Positions 1-9,955 of a stretch of 64,000 bases of DNA are shown here, one piece after another. Source of the DNA: a virus (Duplodnaviria > Heunggongvirae > Uroviricota > Caudoviricetes); the IMG/VR virus record IMGVR_UViG_3300042691_014730, positions 20,856-84,855 of that record. One strand, 5' to 3'. A program made the position numbers and the translations under genes. The notes beneath the pieces are model-generated. The model was not told the DNA's origin and did not search any database. It worked only from the letters and a program-made list of their open reading frames with translations. Within the stretch, counting starts at the first letter, position 1; each line of letters begins with the position of its first letter.

Positions 1-98
1 GGAAATGTATAGGCAATAAGTCGAAAAAATCATAGAACTATCCAATAACGGACGTTCTAACTAACCTCTATCCGATAGGACGAGTGTAAGGAGTAAAT

Positions 99-1070
99 AT
101 GTCGAACGAAATCGATTCTGTTCAATCAGAACAAGCACCTGAAAGTGTAAACGAGAACTTAGAAGCACAACAAGCTTCTGAACAACCAGAACAATCAGCA
201 GAACCTAAAGCTGAAACCAAACAAGAAATTAAGAAAAAATTAAAACAATTGAAGATTAAATTCAATGGTAAAGAGTTTAACGAAGAACTTCCTTTTGAAA
301 TCGATGATGATCCAAAAGCTATTGAATATATGACTAAGCAATTACAGTTTGCTAAAATGGCAACTCATAGTGCTCAAGAGAAAGCCGCTTTAGAAAAAGA
401 CGTTACTGCTTTTTTTCAACAACTTAGAGAGAATCCAAGAAAGGCTTTAAATAATCCTAACTTCGGTGTAGATTTAAAGAAATTAGCTGCTGAGATTCTA
501 GAGGAAGAAATTGCAAACTCACGTAAAACACCAGAACAATTAAAAATCGAAGAATACGAAAGAAAGTTAAAAGAATTTGAAGAACAAAAGAAACTTCAAG
601 AAGAAGAGTTAAAAAAGACTAAGTATGAGAAATTAGTTGATGATCAGTATTCTTATTACGATGAACAAATTAGCGCAGCTATTAATAAACTTGGAATACC
701 TGATAGTCCGTATGTTATTAAAAAAGCAACAGACTACTTAATTTATAGCATTGAAAATAACATGCAAGTTGACGTTGAAGCTATTATGAATGTTGTAAAA
801 GATGAGTATTCTAATGATATTAGAGAAATGCTTCCTAAAATGAGTCCTTCTCAATTAAAAGAATTCTTCCAATCTATGAGTCCAGATGTTATTGAAGAGA
901 TTCTAGGAAATGAGAAAATCGATCAAATACGTAAGAAGAAGTTAGCTCAAGCTAGACAAAAACAAGCTCCTGTTAAACCTTCTATACCAGATACTGGAAA
1001 AAGTTCAAACGATACTTCTAATAGTAAGACTGTTGAACCTAAGACTTACAGAGATTATTTTGGTATCTAA
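99..1070 (+). CDS. putative capsid scaffolding protein (acidic, helical, low complexity)
   Basis: AGGAGT RBS 8 nt upstream of ATG. Acidic, E/K/Q-rich helical protein immediately upstream of the capsid gene. Call rests on position and composition only. Confidence 0.45.
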   Translation: MSNEIDSVQSEQAPESVNENLEAQQASEQPEQSAEPKAETKQEIKKKLKQLKIKFNGKEFNEELPFEIDDDPKAIEYMTKQLQFAKMATHSAQEKAALEKDVTAFFQQLRENPRKALNNPNFGVDLKKLAAEILEEEIANSRKTPEQLKIEEYERKLKEFEEQKKLQEEELKKTKYEKLVDDQYSYYDEQISAAINKLGIPDSPYVIKKATDYLIYSIENNMQVDVEAIMNVVKDEYSNDIREMLPKMSPSQLKEFFQSMSPDVIEEILGNEKIDQIRKKKLAQARQKQAPVKPSIPDTGKSSNDTSNSKTVEPKTYRDYFGI

Positions 1071-1119
1071 GTTATTGAAATTACGTAAATGTGTAAATAT
1101 ATAGTTAAGTTATTGAAAT
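1068..1119 (+). repeat. 15-bp direct repeat TAAGTTATTGAAATT x2 (1068-1082, 1105-1119), followed by a degenerate late-motif box at 1121-1136
   Basis: Exact 15-nt duplication in the scaffold-to-capsid intergenic region. Confidence 0.5.
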
Positions 1120-1262
1120 TTTAACAACTATTCACGTATCGAAGTGTTTTCTTCTCTCGATGACTTGTTATAACCTTAAGTGGGTAACAATATCTGAAAA
1201 GCGGTTGTAGACATCTGAGTACGAAAGAATAATAAAACTTGTAAATTAAGGAGAAATTAAAA

Positions 1263-1547
1263 ATGAGTTTTCAAGCAAAAAATTCTGCCATACAAGATAG
1301 ACAACTTAAAGTTCAAGAGTTAGTCATTCCTTATGGTAGTCCACTATACTCAGTGTCTGGTGGAGATGTAGTTATTGACATTGGCGAAAACGTTAAGTCA
1401 GTAGAGTGTTGTCATTTATCAGATGATTCAGCAGGAGCAATCGTTGTTATCCCTCAAGCGGATATCAGCATCTCTGGTTCTGAAATCACAGCGACAGTAA
1501 CTGTTGCAGCTAATGACAGATTAATAATCAAATATATCGTTGAATAA
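1263..1547 (+). CDS. hypothetical small virion protein
   Basis: Strong RBS (AAGGAG). Lies between the scaffold-like and capsid genes. Confidence 0.35.
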   Translation: MSFQAKNSAIQDRQLKVQELVIPYGSPLYSVSGGDVVIDIGENVKSVECCHLSDDSAGAIVVIPQADISISGSEITATVTVAANDRLIIKYIVE

Positions 1548-1562
1548 TAGAGGAGAATCACA

Positions 1563-2822
1563 ATGAGTAATACAGCAAACGAATTATCAACGCTGAACGG
1601 ACTTTTTAAAGAAACTTACGCAGATAAGCTTAAAGAGTTAATTCCTGATGGCGTTAAACTTTTAAACAAAATCAAATTTATGGCTAAACAAAAACAGCCA
1701 GGTAACTTTTTCCACCAACCATTAATCTTAGGTATGGAGCACGGTGTAACTTTCGCTGGTTCAGATGAAGATGCATTTAATCTAAATCCACCAGTTGCAG
1801 GTCAAATTAAAGATGCTTCAGTTAAAGGTTCACCTCTAGTAATGAGATCATTATTAGGATATGTTTCTGCTTCAAGAGCAGCACAAGGTGGAGCACAAGC
1901 TTTCGAAGACGCTACTAAATTCTTAGTTGCTAACATGCTTCGATCTATGGCTAAGAAACTTGAAATCCAAATGCTTTATGGTCAAAAATCATACGGTGCG
2001 ATTTCAGCTGTTTCAGGCGCTACTTTAACAATCAAAACTTCTGAGTGGGCTCCTGGTATTTGGGCTGGTGCTGAAAATATGCCAATCGAAATCAGAACGT
2101 ATCAAGCTGCTGGTGACACACCATCTTCTTCATCTTCTGTTGCTGAAGCTGTAGTTAAGTCAGTAGATTTAAATGCTAGAACAATTATTTTACAAGCTGC
2201 TGTTTCTGGTATCACTACTACTGCTAACCAAGAAGATGTTATCTTCCACAAAGGTGCTTTCGGTAATGAGTTCCCTGGTATCCACAAAATTATCTCTCAG
2301 TCAACTGGTTCTTTATTCGGAATCAACGTAGCTGACTATAACATGTATCGTGGTAACACATACGATGCTGGTTCTGCTAACCTTTCATTCGCTAAGTTAA
2401 ACCAAGCTTTAACAAGAGCAGTTGAAAAAGGATTAGATGGAAAAGTATTAGTTATCTGTAACCCTCGTACTTGGGCTTCAATGCTTAATAACGAGTTAAC
2501 TTTAAGACAATACGATCAGTCTTATTCAAGTGCTAAATTAGAAAACGGTTCTAAATCGTTGAAGTTTTTCTCTCAAAATGGGGAAATGGAGATCGAACCT
2601 TCTATTTACGTAAAAGAAGGATATTGTTATATTCTTTCTCTTGAAGATTGGACTAGAATCGGTTCAAGCGATGTTTCTTTCAAACGTCCAGGTAAGAATG
2701 ATGAGTTCTTCCGTGACCTTGAAAACTCAGCAGCTTATGAATTAAGATTGTTCACAGATCAGTGTATTTTTACTAGCTCAGTTGGTAGAAACGTACTAGT
2801 TCATGGAATCGTCAATTCTTAA
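1563..2822 (+). CDS. putative major capsid protein
   Basis: 419 aa ORF with GAGGAG RBS, directly after the scaffold-like gene and ended by a strong terminator (the arrangement expected for a highly expressed capsid gene). No motif-level proof. Confidence 0.5.
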   Translation: MSNTANELSTLNGLFKETYADKLKELIPDGVKLLNKIKFMAKQKQPGNFFHQPLILGMEHGVTFAGSDEDAFNLNPPVAGQIKDASVKGSPLVMRSLLGYVSASRAAQGGAQAFEDATKFLVANMLRSMAKKLEIQMLYGQKSYGAISAVSGATLTIKTSEWAPGIWAGAENMPIEIRTYQAAGDTPSSSSSVAEAVVKSVDLNARTIILQAAVSGITTTANQEDVIFHKGAFGNEFPGIHKIISQSTGSLFGINVADYNMYRGNTYDAGSANLSFAKLNQALTRAVEKGLDGKVLVICNPRTWASMLNNELTLRQYDQSYSSAKLENGSKSLKFFSQNGEMEIEPSIYVKEGYCYILSLEDWTRIGSSDVSFKRPGKNDEFFRDLENSAAYELRLFTDQCIFTSSVGRNVLVHGIVNS

Positions 2823-2849
2823 TCTGAATCTAATTGATTAGTTTCAACA

Positions 2850-2880
2850 AGCCCGATGCAATGTCGGGCTTTTTTATTTT
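2850..2880 (+). terminator. rho-independent terminator after the capsid gene
   Basis: Stem AGCCCGA (2850-2856) pairs with TCGGGCT (2864-2870) around a 7-nt loop, followed by TTTTTTATTTT. Confidence 0.7.
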
Positions 2881-2891
2881 ATGGACTTATA

Positions 2892-2907
2892 TTAACAACT
2901 ATCATAG
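2892..2907 (+). promoter_or_regulatory. late-motif box ATTAACAACTATcATAG
   Basis: One of five copies of a conserved 16-17 nt motif located 14-24 nt upstream of + strand ATGs. Confidence 0.4.
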
Positions 2908-2930
2908 CAATTATTGCCTTTTGGAGTACT

Positions 2931-3428
2931 ATGCCTACTATCAATATTAAAGGAACTATCCTAGAACTTCCCGATTCAGCGAGTTCGCCTAATTGGGCAC
3001 CGAATGTTGTTGAATTTTTTAAGCTCGTAGCAGACGCTATTAACGGAATTTCAGGAGCTTTTGATGTTGCTCCTCAAACTTTCAATATAGACGCATTTAA
3101 TAACGCAACAGATGAAGATATTCAAGGATTATTGTTTCCTCCTTCAGATGTTAGAAGCTCTGTTATTATTTACGCTGTTTATAGGGAAACTGAAGAAACA
3201 ACACTTGGTCAAGGTGACAACCAAGCTGTATCAGAAGCAGGAACATTAGAAATTGTCTATAACGATTCAACTGGACTATGGTCGATGACTAGAATGGGAG
3301 TTGAAGATGCAATGATTGATTTTGGAATAGATTCAAACGGTCAAGTCACTTTTAGCACACAAGCTTTAACAGGAATAAACCATACTGGCATTATTACTTT
3401 TAGAGCCTTAGCAGTATTAAATACTTAG
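2931..3428 (+). CDS. hypothetical structural protein (start moved to ATG 2931)
   Basis: The tabled ORF start at 2856 lies inside the terminator hairpin. ATG at 2931 is in frame and has GGAG 7 nt upstream. Confidence 0.4.
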   Translation: MPTINIKGTILELPDSASSPNWAPNVVEFFKLVADAINGISGAFDVAPQTFNIDAFNNATDEDIQGLLFPPSDVRSSVIIYAVYRETEETTLGQGDNQAVSEAGTLEIVYNDSTGLWSMTRMGVEDAMIDFGIDSNGQVTFSTQALTGINHTGIITFRALAVLNT

Positions 3429-3435
3429 GAGAGAT

Positions 3436-6378
3436 ATGAATTTTAAGAAAATTTGGAAAGGGTTACAAATAGTTGCTGAGTCAGTTCTAGACTTGAATGC
3501 TAAAGGTCAGGTTCAAGTAGATGATTCATCAGGTAAAGCTCACTACCACAACGGCACTACTTCTTCGCCGATTGTAACAGAAGCACACTCTGGTACACTA
3601 ACTAATAAAACAATTGACGCAGATAATAATACAGTATCTAATATTGAAAATGATAATATTAAAGCAGCAGCAGGAATAGCTGAATCTAAGTTAAGCTTGG
3701 ATTACTCTACAAGCTCGCTTAATACGGCTATTACAGATCACATAAGCGACACTACAGATGCACATGACGCATCAGCAATTTCAAATGCTCCATCTGGAAA
3801 CCTAGCAGCTACAGATGTTCAAGCAGCGTTAAATGAACTACAAGGGGACATTGATACTACTAATTCAAACGTATCAAGTGTAACCACTGATGTTGCAGAT
3901 CTAGTTACTTTATCAGGAGTTACAGCAAACTCTACTGACTTAGGAACATTTACTGGCACAACTATTCCAGATAATAGTGATGTAAAAGAAGCATTACAAG
4001 CTTTAGAAACTGAAGTTGAATCTAAAATTGATGCATCTGACTTAACTACTCACGAAAATGACACTAGCACTCATGGAGTTGCAGGAGCTATTGTAGGAAC
4101 TTCAGACTCTCAAACATTGACAAATAAAACAATTGTTGTAGCAAATAATACTGTAACTACAGCAGCTACTGGAAACCTAGCAGCTACTGAATTAAACGCA
4201 GCGTTAGCTGAGTTACAAGGCGATATTGACACAAGAGCAACATCTTCTGCTTTAACTACTCATACTTCAGCTTCAACTGGAGTTCACGGAGTTACAGGAA
4301 GCGTAGTTGGAACTTCTGATACTCAAACTCTTACAAACAAAGACATTGATGGTGGGACTGCTTCTAATACAAACAGAATCACTCTACCTAAAGCAGCTAA
4401 AGCTACGTTAGATGGACTTACTCGTAAGGAAGCTACGTTAGTTTATGCTTCTGACCTCGATAAAGTATATTACGATGATGGTACAAACTTACGTGCAGTA
4501 GGTTCTGGATCAGGCTCTGATATTAATTACATCGAAAATGGAGATGCTGAAACTGGAACAACTGGTTGGGCTACATACGCAGATGCAGCAGGAACAATTC
4601 CTGTTGATGGTACTGGTGGAACAGCTTCTCAAACTTCTTTTTATACTCTTACTTCTAGTGCGAAAGCAAGGGGTAGTGCGTCATTTGGATTAGCAAAAGT
4701 AGGATCTGGTTCTGGTCAGGGTCAAGGTGTATCGTATGACTTTACAATAGACAATGCAGACAAAGCAAAACAATTAACCATCAGTTTTGATTATAATGCT
4801 TCATCTACTTATAATGATGGTTGGTTTAAAGTATTCGTATATGATGTAACAAATAATACACTAATTAGAGTTAATGGTGAAGATATATTAGCTGGTGGAG
4901 ATCAAACGAATGGCGTATATGTAAAACATTATGCTAGATTCCAGACATCTATAGACTCAACTAGTTATAGATTGATTATTCATAATTCAACTACACACGA
5001 TACTGTTGCTGCAACAGATTTTATACTTAATTTCGATAACGTACAAGTAAGTCCTAAATCTATTGTTTACGGAAGTCCTATTACTGATTGGACTTCTTAT
5101 ACTCCTACATTTGCAGGATTAGGAACAGTTACTAATATAGATTTTTATTACAGGAGAGTAGGAGATACTTTAGAAATTTATGGTTCTGGAACAACAGGAA
5201 CTGTAACAGCAACAACAGCATCAATATCACTTCCTTCAGGATTAGTTACATCAGCTAATATAAATTCAACATCGCCAAGAGGATCATTCTATTTATCAGG
5301 ATCTACAGCAGATGCAGTCGACGCATACAGATTGAATATAATAGCAAGTCCATCTGATACCACTGTAGGAATTGGGGAAAGAACTTCAGCAGCTTCAAAC
5401 GAAGTTCTTAAAAGAGCAGGAAATTCAATTGCAGGAAACTCTTTAAACTTTAACGTACTATTTTCAGTACCAATCCAAGGATGGTCAGCTAACGCAGCAA
5501 TGAGCGAAGATTTAGGAAATAGAACAATATTCGCTAGAATGAGATCCACAGCAGCACAACTAGTAAACAGTGCAGCAGAATTGGTGATATTTCAAGCAGT
5601 AGATTTTGATACAGTTGGAATGGCAAATATATCTACAGAAAGATTTACAATACCAGAAACAGGAGTTTATATTATAGGAGCTAGTGGCTCTGTAACTACA
5701 TTTACTAATTTTGATGACGGAGAAGAAGCTACTATTGAAGTGAGAGTCAATGGAGCTAACAATACCGATTCTTTTGCTCACTACCCATTCAGCACCGATG
5801 GTGGACAGTCATTTAATTTCGCAACACAGCCATATTATCTTAATAAAGGGGATTACGTAGAACTTTGGGTAAATAATATAGCTTCTGATCCAACAACTGA
5901 GACTTTTGAATTATCTCCTGGTACGTACTTTTCAATAACAAAAATAGCCTCTCCTCAAACAATATTTGAAACAGAAACAGTAGCTGCTGTTTATAATGAT
6001 TGCTCGCAAAATATACCTAGCTCAGTATCGACTATCGTCACTTTTGACACAAAAATTCAAGATACACATAACGCTTATGATACAGCTACTGGAGCATTCA
6101 CAATATTTACCTCAGGATATTACCATATAAGCGCATCGTTTGGTTTAACAGGGGCATCGGCATCAGGGTACTATTTTCCATATATATCTACATCTTCAGG
6201 CGAAACTATTTATGGAAACAGACTTCCAATATTAACAATAAATGTACAAAATATTATGTCATTTACGTATTATTTTAACAAAGGTGACACATTCTCTATT
6301 GGTATAAATCAAACAGAAGGAACTACAAGACCTTTAAATTCAACTTTCTGTAACTTTTCAGTAGCGAGGATAAAATAA
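3436..6378 (+). CDS. tail fiber protein with N-terminal tandem repeats
   Basis: 980 aa. Internal roughly 70-aa repeats (TDAHDAS...NLAAT..QAAL.ELQGDIDT...SDTQTLTNKTI). Ser/Thr/Gly/Asn-rich C-terminal half with two related C-terminal modules ending in NKGD motifs. RBS AGGAG. Confidence 0.6.
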   Translation: MNFKKIWKGLQIVAESVLDLNAKGQVQVDDSSGKAHYHNGTTSSPIVTEAHSGTLTNKTIDADNNTVSNIENDNIKAAAGIAESKLSLDYSTSSLNTAITDHISDTTDAHDASAISNAPSGNLAATDVQAALNELQGDIDTTNSNVSSVTTDVADLVTLSGVTANSTDLGTFTGTTIPDNSDVKEALQALETEVESKIDASDLTTHENDTSTHGVAGAIVGTSDSQTLTNKTIVVANNTVTTAATGNLAATELNAALAELQGDIDTRATSSALTTHTSASTGVHGVTGSVVGTSDTQTLTNKDIDGGTASNTNRITLPKAAKATLDGLTRKEATLVYASDLDKVYYDDGTNLRAVGSGSGSDINYIENGDAETGTTGWATYADAAGTIPVDGTGGTASQTSFYTLTSSAKARGSASFGLAKVGSGSGQGQGVSYDFTIDNADKAKQLTISFDYNASSTYNDGWFKVFVYDVTNNTLIRVNGEDILAGGDQTNGVYVKHYARFQTSIDSTSYRLIIHNSTTHDTVAATDFILNFDNVQVSPKSIVYGSPITDWTSYTPTFAGLGTVTNIDFYYRRVGDTLEIYGSGTTGTVTATTASISLPSGLVTSANINSTSPRGSFYLSGSTADAVDAYRLNIIASPSDTTVGIGERTSAASNEVLKRAGNSIAGNSLNFNVLFSVPIQGWSANAAMSEDLGNRTIFARMRSTAAQLVNSAAELVIFQAVDFDTVGMANISTERFTIPETGVYIIGASGSVTTFTNFDDGEEATIEVRVNGANNTDSFAHYPFSTDGGQSFNFATQPYYLNKGDYVELWVNNIASDPTTETFELSPGTYFSITKIASPQTIFETETVAAVYNDCSQNIPSSVSTIVTFDTKIQDTHNAYDTATGAFTIFTSGYYHISASFGLTGASASGYYFPYISTSSGETIYGNRLPILTINVQNIMSFTYYFNKGDTFSIGINQTEGTTRPLNSTFCNFSVARIK
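3595..3862 (+). repeat. repeat-module copy A shared with the second tail-fiber gene
   Basis: About 270 nt that is roughly 75-80% identical to 7980-8245, including an identical 38-nt core gcaatttcaaatgctccatctggaaacctagcagctac. Confidence 0.7.
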
Positions 6379-6379
6379 T

Positions 6380-6796
6380 ATGTTTAAAGTAAATATACAA
6401 TCATTAATAAGAGATATTTCTTGGGGAGCCGAACTTCCTACACTACAAGAAGCAGAAGCTTGGCTTAGTCAGCAAATAGGTAGACCTAATCGTTTACCTC
6501 AACGTGAGAAAGCAGTAAGCGAATGTTCACAAGAAGAACTTGACTCAGCTATCAGTATCGAGAACGATATTGCTACGCTACCAGCTCAGTTTACTTCAAG
6601 TATTGTAGACATTACAGCACAGAAAGCACAGGAAGCTATTAACGCAGAGAACAAGAAGTTTTTAGCTGATACTGACTATAAAGTATTACGTCATATTAGA
6701 CAGAAAGCTTTAAACATTCAAACTACTTTAACTGAACAAGAATATTTAGCATTAGAACAAGAAAGACATGACGCAGCTAGTGCGATTGTCGAATAA
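6380..6796 (+). CDS. hypothetical protein (possible tail-fiber accessory)
   Basis: GAGGA RBS. Tightly coupled to the upstream fiber gene. Confidence 0.35.
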   Translation: MFKVNIQSLIRDISWGAELPTLQEAEAWLSQQIGRPNRLPQREKAVSECSQEELDSAISIENDIATLPAQFTSSIVDITAQKAQEAINAENKKFLADTDYKVLRHIRQKALNIQTTLTEQEYLALEQERHDAASAIVE

Positions 6797-6807
6797 AAGG
6801 AAAATAA

Positions 6808-7146
6808 ATGAATTTAATTATCCACCAGATTAATCAGAAATTATTTGACAATCACGATATGACATCAGATGAGTCTAGTGATTCAATTAATATTAATAAC
6901 TACTCTTTATATGCGGTTCAGTATATATTTGATTCATTTGCTGGAATAGGATTTGATGTTAATTTAGAAGTATCAAATGATGGTGAAAACTTTTCGGTAT
7001 TGGATACTTTCACTTCAACAGACGCTTCTGGTTCTTTCATGGTGAATGTTGAGAAAGCAGGGTATTCCTTTGTTAGAGTAAGTCTAGAGGGAGATACTGT
7101 AACTGCTGGTAATTTAACTGTTATCTTTAATGGAAAAATGTTATAA
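6808..7146 (+). CDS. hypothetical protein
   Basis: AAAGGAAAA RBS. Lies within the structural operon. Confidence 0.35.
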   Translation: MNLIIHQINQKLFDNHDMTSDESSDSININNYSLYAVQYIFDSFAGIGFDVNLEVSNDGENFSVLDTFTSTDASGSFMVNVEKAGYSFVRVSLEGDTVTAGNLTVIFNGKML

Positions 7147-7586
7147 TGGGTAATTCTCAATTTCGTAATATACCTGGTGGAGGAGCTGAACAGTTTAAAC
7201 AACCTGTTCAATCGGTTGGTGATTTACCTTCTACTGGAAACTCATATGGAGATGTTAGAGTCGTTTTAGATTCTAATGAAATGTACATATGGGGACAATC
7301 AGATTCTTGGGTACTAAGTTCTGGAGGCGGAGGTAGTGGATCAACTCCTTTTGAACAAACATTTGTTACAAGTGATTGGATTTTAAACTCAGGAGAATAT
7401 AAAATAACTATAAATGAATCTACTCATTCAAGAGGTTCTGATATTATAGTTCAAGTTCAAGAATTAGTTGGTTCTTTTTATCAACCCGTAGATACTAATT
7501 ATTCCATAAATGCTACAGGCGATATAACAATAATAATAGGAAACGATTCACGATTTAATGGGCGTGTATTAATACAAGGAGCATAA
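7146..7586 (+). CDS. hypothetical structural protein
   Basis: Stop/start overlap with the previous gene. Gly/Ser-rich. Confidence 0.35.
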   Translation: MGNSQFRNIPGGGAEQFKQPVQSVGDLPSTGNSYGDVRVVLDSNEMYIWGQSDSWVLSSGGGGSGSTPFEQTFVTSDWILNSGEYKITINESTHSRGSDIIVQVQELVGSFYQPVDTNYSINATGDITIIIGNDSRFNGRVLIQGA

Positions 7587-9569
7587 ATGTCTACTAAAAG
7601 AATTAAAACAGATGTTAGTTTTGAACAAAAGGTATTATTACCTAATGAAACATCACAGAGAGCATTAAAAATTGACAATACTGGAGAAGTAGTCTCTTCA
7701 ACAGTAACAGAGACAGAGTTAGAGTACTTAAGTGGAGTAACATCTTCAGTACAGACTCAATTAAATGACAAGGCAAGCACTACTGACCTAAACAATCACA
7801 TTAATGATGCTACTGATGCTCACGATGCATCTTCTATTAGTGTCATTGAACAGAATGATGTAAATGGTACAAACGTACAAGCTGCTTTAGAAAACACAAT
7901 GGCAGATTTACTAAGTCACGTAGATAACAATGTAGCTCATGGTACAGCTAGTGATATTGTTGGTATTTCAGATACTCAAACTCTTACCAATAAGACAATT
8001 GATGCAGATTTAAACACAATTTCAAATATTGATAATAATGACATTAAAGCAGCAGCAGGAATCGTTGAATCAAAATTATCTTTAGATTACTCAACAGCAT
8101 CTTTAAATACTGCTATTAGTGATCACATCGCTGATACTTCAGATGCTCACGATGCTTCTGCAATTTCAAATGCTCCATCTGGAAACCTAGCAGCTACTAA
8201 CGTGCAAGGTGCATTAGACGAACTACAATCTGATGTAGATACAAGAGCTTTAGATTCTGACGTAATTAAAAAAGATGGATCTGTTGCATATATTGGCGAT
8301 CAGTCAATGGGTGGAAACAAGATTACAAACTTAGGAGCACCTACTAGTAATGGTCACGCACTAAGATATGATGAACTAGGGGCAGCTAATGGTATTGCTA
8401 CTCTAGATGGATCAGGAAAAGTTCCTGTTTCTCAATTACCTTCAGCAGTTATGACATACGAAGGTGTTTGGAATGCTTCTACAAACTCTCCTACTCTTGC
8501 TGACGGATCTGGAGATGCTGGTATGGTTTACAGAGTTGGAACTGCTGGATCTCAAGATCTAGGTTCTGGTTCAATCTCTTTTGCAGTTGGCGACTATGTA
8601 ATATACAATGGAACTATTTGGGAAAAATCAGACACTACTGACGCAGTAGCTTCTGTATTTGGAAGAACTGGAATTGTTACAGCTCAATCTGGAGATTATA
8701 CTGCTTCTCAAATTACAAACACTCCTGCTGGGAACATTTCAGCAACAACAGTACAAGCAGCTATTGATGAATTAGATTCTGAAAAATTCGCTTCTGCTGA
8801 TTTTAACTCATCTTTCGATACAAGATTAGCAACAAAGTCTACATCTGACTTAGCAGAAGGTTCAGCATTATATTTTACTGATGAAAGAGCACAAGATGCA
8901 GTAGGTAATAACTTATTAGATACAGCCTCTGTTAATTTATCATATAATGACGCTACTGGTCAGATCAGTGCAGACGTTCTTCCTGCTGGAGTTGATCACG
9001 ACTCTTTACAGAACTTTGTAGCTAATGAGCACATTGATCACTCTTCTGTATCAATCAACACAAATGCAAATAGTGGTTTAGCTGGAGGAGGAGATATTAC
9101 TGCCTCTAGAAGCTTAAGCGTAGATATCACAAATGCTACAGCAGAGACTTCAGCAGATGATGCAGACCTTATCCTTATTCATGATGATTCTGCAAATGCG
9201 TTACGTAAGATGACAAGAGCAAACTTCTTAGCTGGAATATCTTCAGGAAGTGCTGGTGACATAGAAGAAACATCTGCATCATTAAATGATAATCAAGCTT
9301 CAGCAGCTAATGTTACTGGATTATCTTTTGCAAATGCGACCGTTAGATCTTTTGAGGCAATGGTTTCAATAGTTAGAGGATCAACTTATGAAAAATTTAC
9401 ATTAGAGGGTATTCAAAAATCAGCTTCTTGGGATCTATATATTGAATCAGTAGGTGATGATTCTGGGATAACTTTTAGCATTACTTCTTCTGGACAAGTA
9501 CAGTATACTTCGACCAATACTGGTTCAGGAGCTACTTGTAAATTTAGAGCTATAACAACTACTGTGTAA
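7587..9569 (+). CDS. second tail fiber protein (paralog of 3436..6378 in the repeat module)
   Basis: 660 aa. Shares the TLTNKTIDAD...HDASAISNAPSGNLAAT...ELQ repeat module with the first fiber. The C-terminal domain differs. RBS AAGGAG. Confidence 0.6.
   Translation: MSTKRIKTDVSFEQKVLLPNETSQRALKIDNTGEVVSSTVTETELEYLSGVTSSVQTQLNDKASTTDLNNHINDATDAHDASSISVIEQNDVNGTNVQAALENTMADLLSHVDNNVAHGTASDIVGISDTQTLTNKTIDADLNTISNIDNNDIKAAAGIVESKLSLDYSTASLNTAISDHIADTSDAHDASAISNAPSGNLAATNVQGALDELQSDVDTRALDSDVIKKDGSVAYIGDQSMGGNKITNLGAPTSNGHALRYDELGAANGIATLDGSGKVPVSQLPSAVMTYEGVWNASTNSPTLADGSGDAGMVYRVGTAGSQDLGSGSISFAVGDYVIYNGTIWEKSDTTDAVASVFGRTGIVTAQSGDYTASQITNTPAGNISATTVQAAIDELDSEKFASADFNSSFDTRLATKSTSDLAEGSALYFTDERAQDAVGNNLLDTASVNLSYNDATGQISADVLPAGVDHDSLQNFVANEHIDHSSVSINTNANSGLAGGGDITASRSLSVDITNATAETSADDADLILIHDDSANALRKMTRANFLAGISSGSAGDIEETSASLNDNQASAANVTGLSFANATVRSFEAMVSIVRGSTYEKFTLEGIQKSASWDLYIESVGDDSGITFSITSSGQVQYTSTNTGSGATCKFRAITTTV
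7980..8245 (+). repeat. repeat-module copy B
   Basis: See 3595-3862. Confidence 0.7.
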
Positions 9570-9575
9570 ACAGTG

Positions 9576-9592
9576 ATTAACAACTATTATAG
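9576..9592 (+). promoter_or_regulatory. late-motif box ATTAACAACTATTATAG
   Basis: 22 nt upstream of ATG 9614. Confidence 0.45.
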
Positions 9593-9613
9593 AAATTTTA
9601 ACTGGAGAAATGA

Positions 9614-9943
9614 ATGGACGATTTAATGAAAAAAGCTAAACTTGAGGTATTAAAAGACCTTAGGAAGCAATGTATGGATTCTATGGGAAGCAGTATGAAA
9701 GGTGGATTGAATAAAGTTTCAGTTATGGCACCTGACGCTGAAAGCCTAAAAGAAGGCTTAGAAAAAGCTGAAGACATTGTTGAATCTAATCCTATGCAAA
9801 TGGGTGAAGAATCAGAAGAAATGGAAGACGAGGAAATGTCTGAAGAGTCGGAAGATTCAGAATCAGAAGAAATGTCTGAAGAAGAACTTGACAAGAAAAT
9901 CCAAGAATTAATGGCTAAAAAATCTAAGATTAAGAAAGCCTAA
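9614..9943 (+). CDS. highly acidic small protein (E/S/D-rich C-terminus)
   Basis: GGAG RBS. C-terminus reads EESEEMEDEEMSEESEDSESEEMSEEEL. Possible assembly chaperone or DNA mimic. Confidence 0.45.
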   Translation: MDDLMKKAKLEVLKDLRKQCMDSMGSSMKGGLNKVSVMAPDAESLKEGLEKAEDIVESNPMQMGEESEEMEDEEMSEESEDSESEEMSEEELDKKIQELMAKKSKIKKA

Positions 9944-9955
9944 TAAAGGCATTAA

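Noticed and set aside
2856-2930. Tabled N-terminal extension of ORF 2856..3428 (MQCRAFLFYG...)
   Set aside because: It overlaps the terminator hairpin and late-motif box. An in-frame ATG with GGAG at 2931 is the more plausible start.
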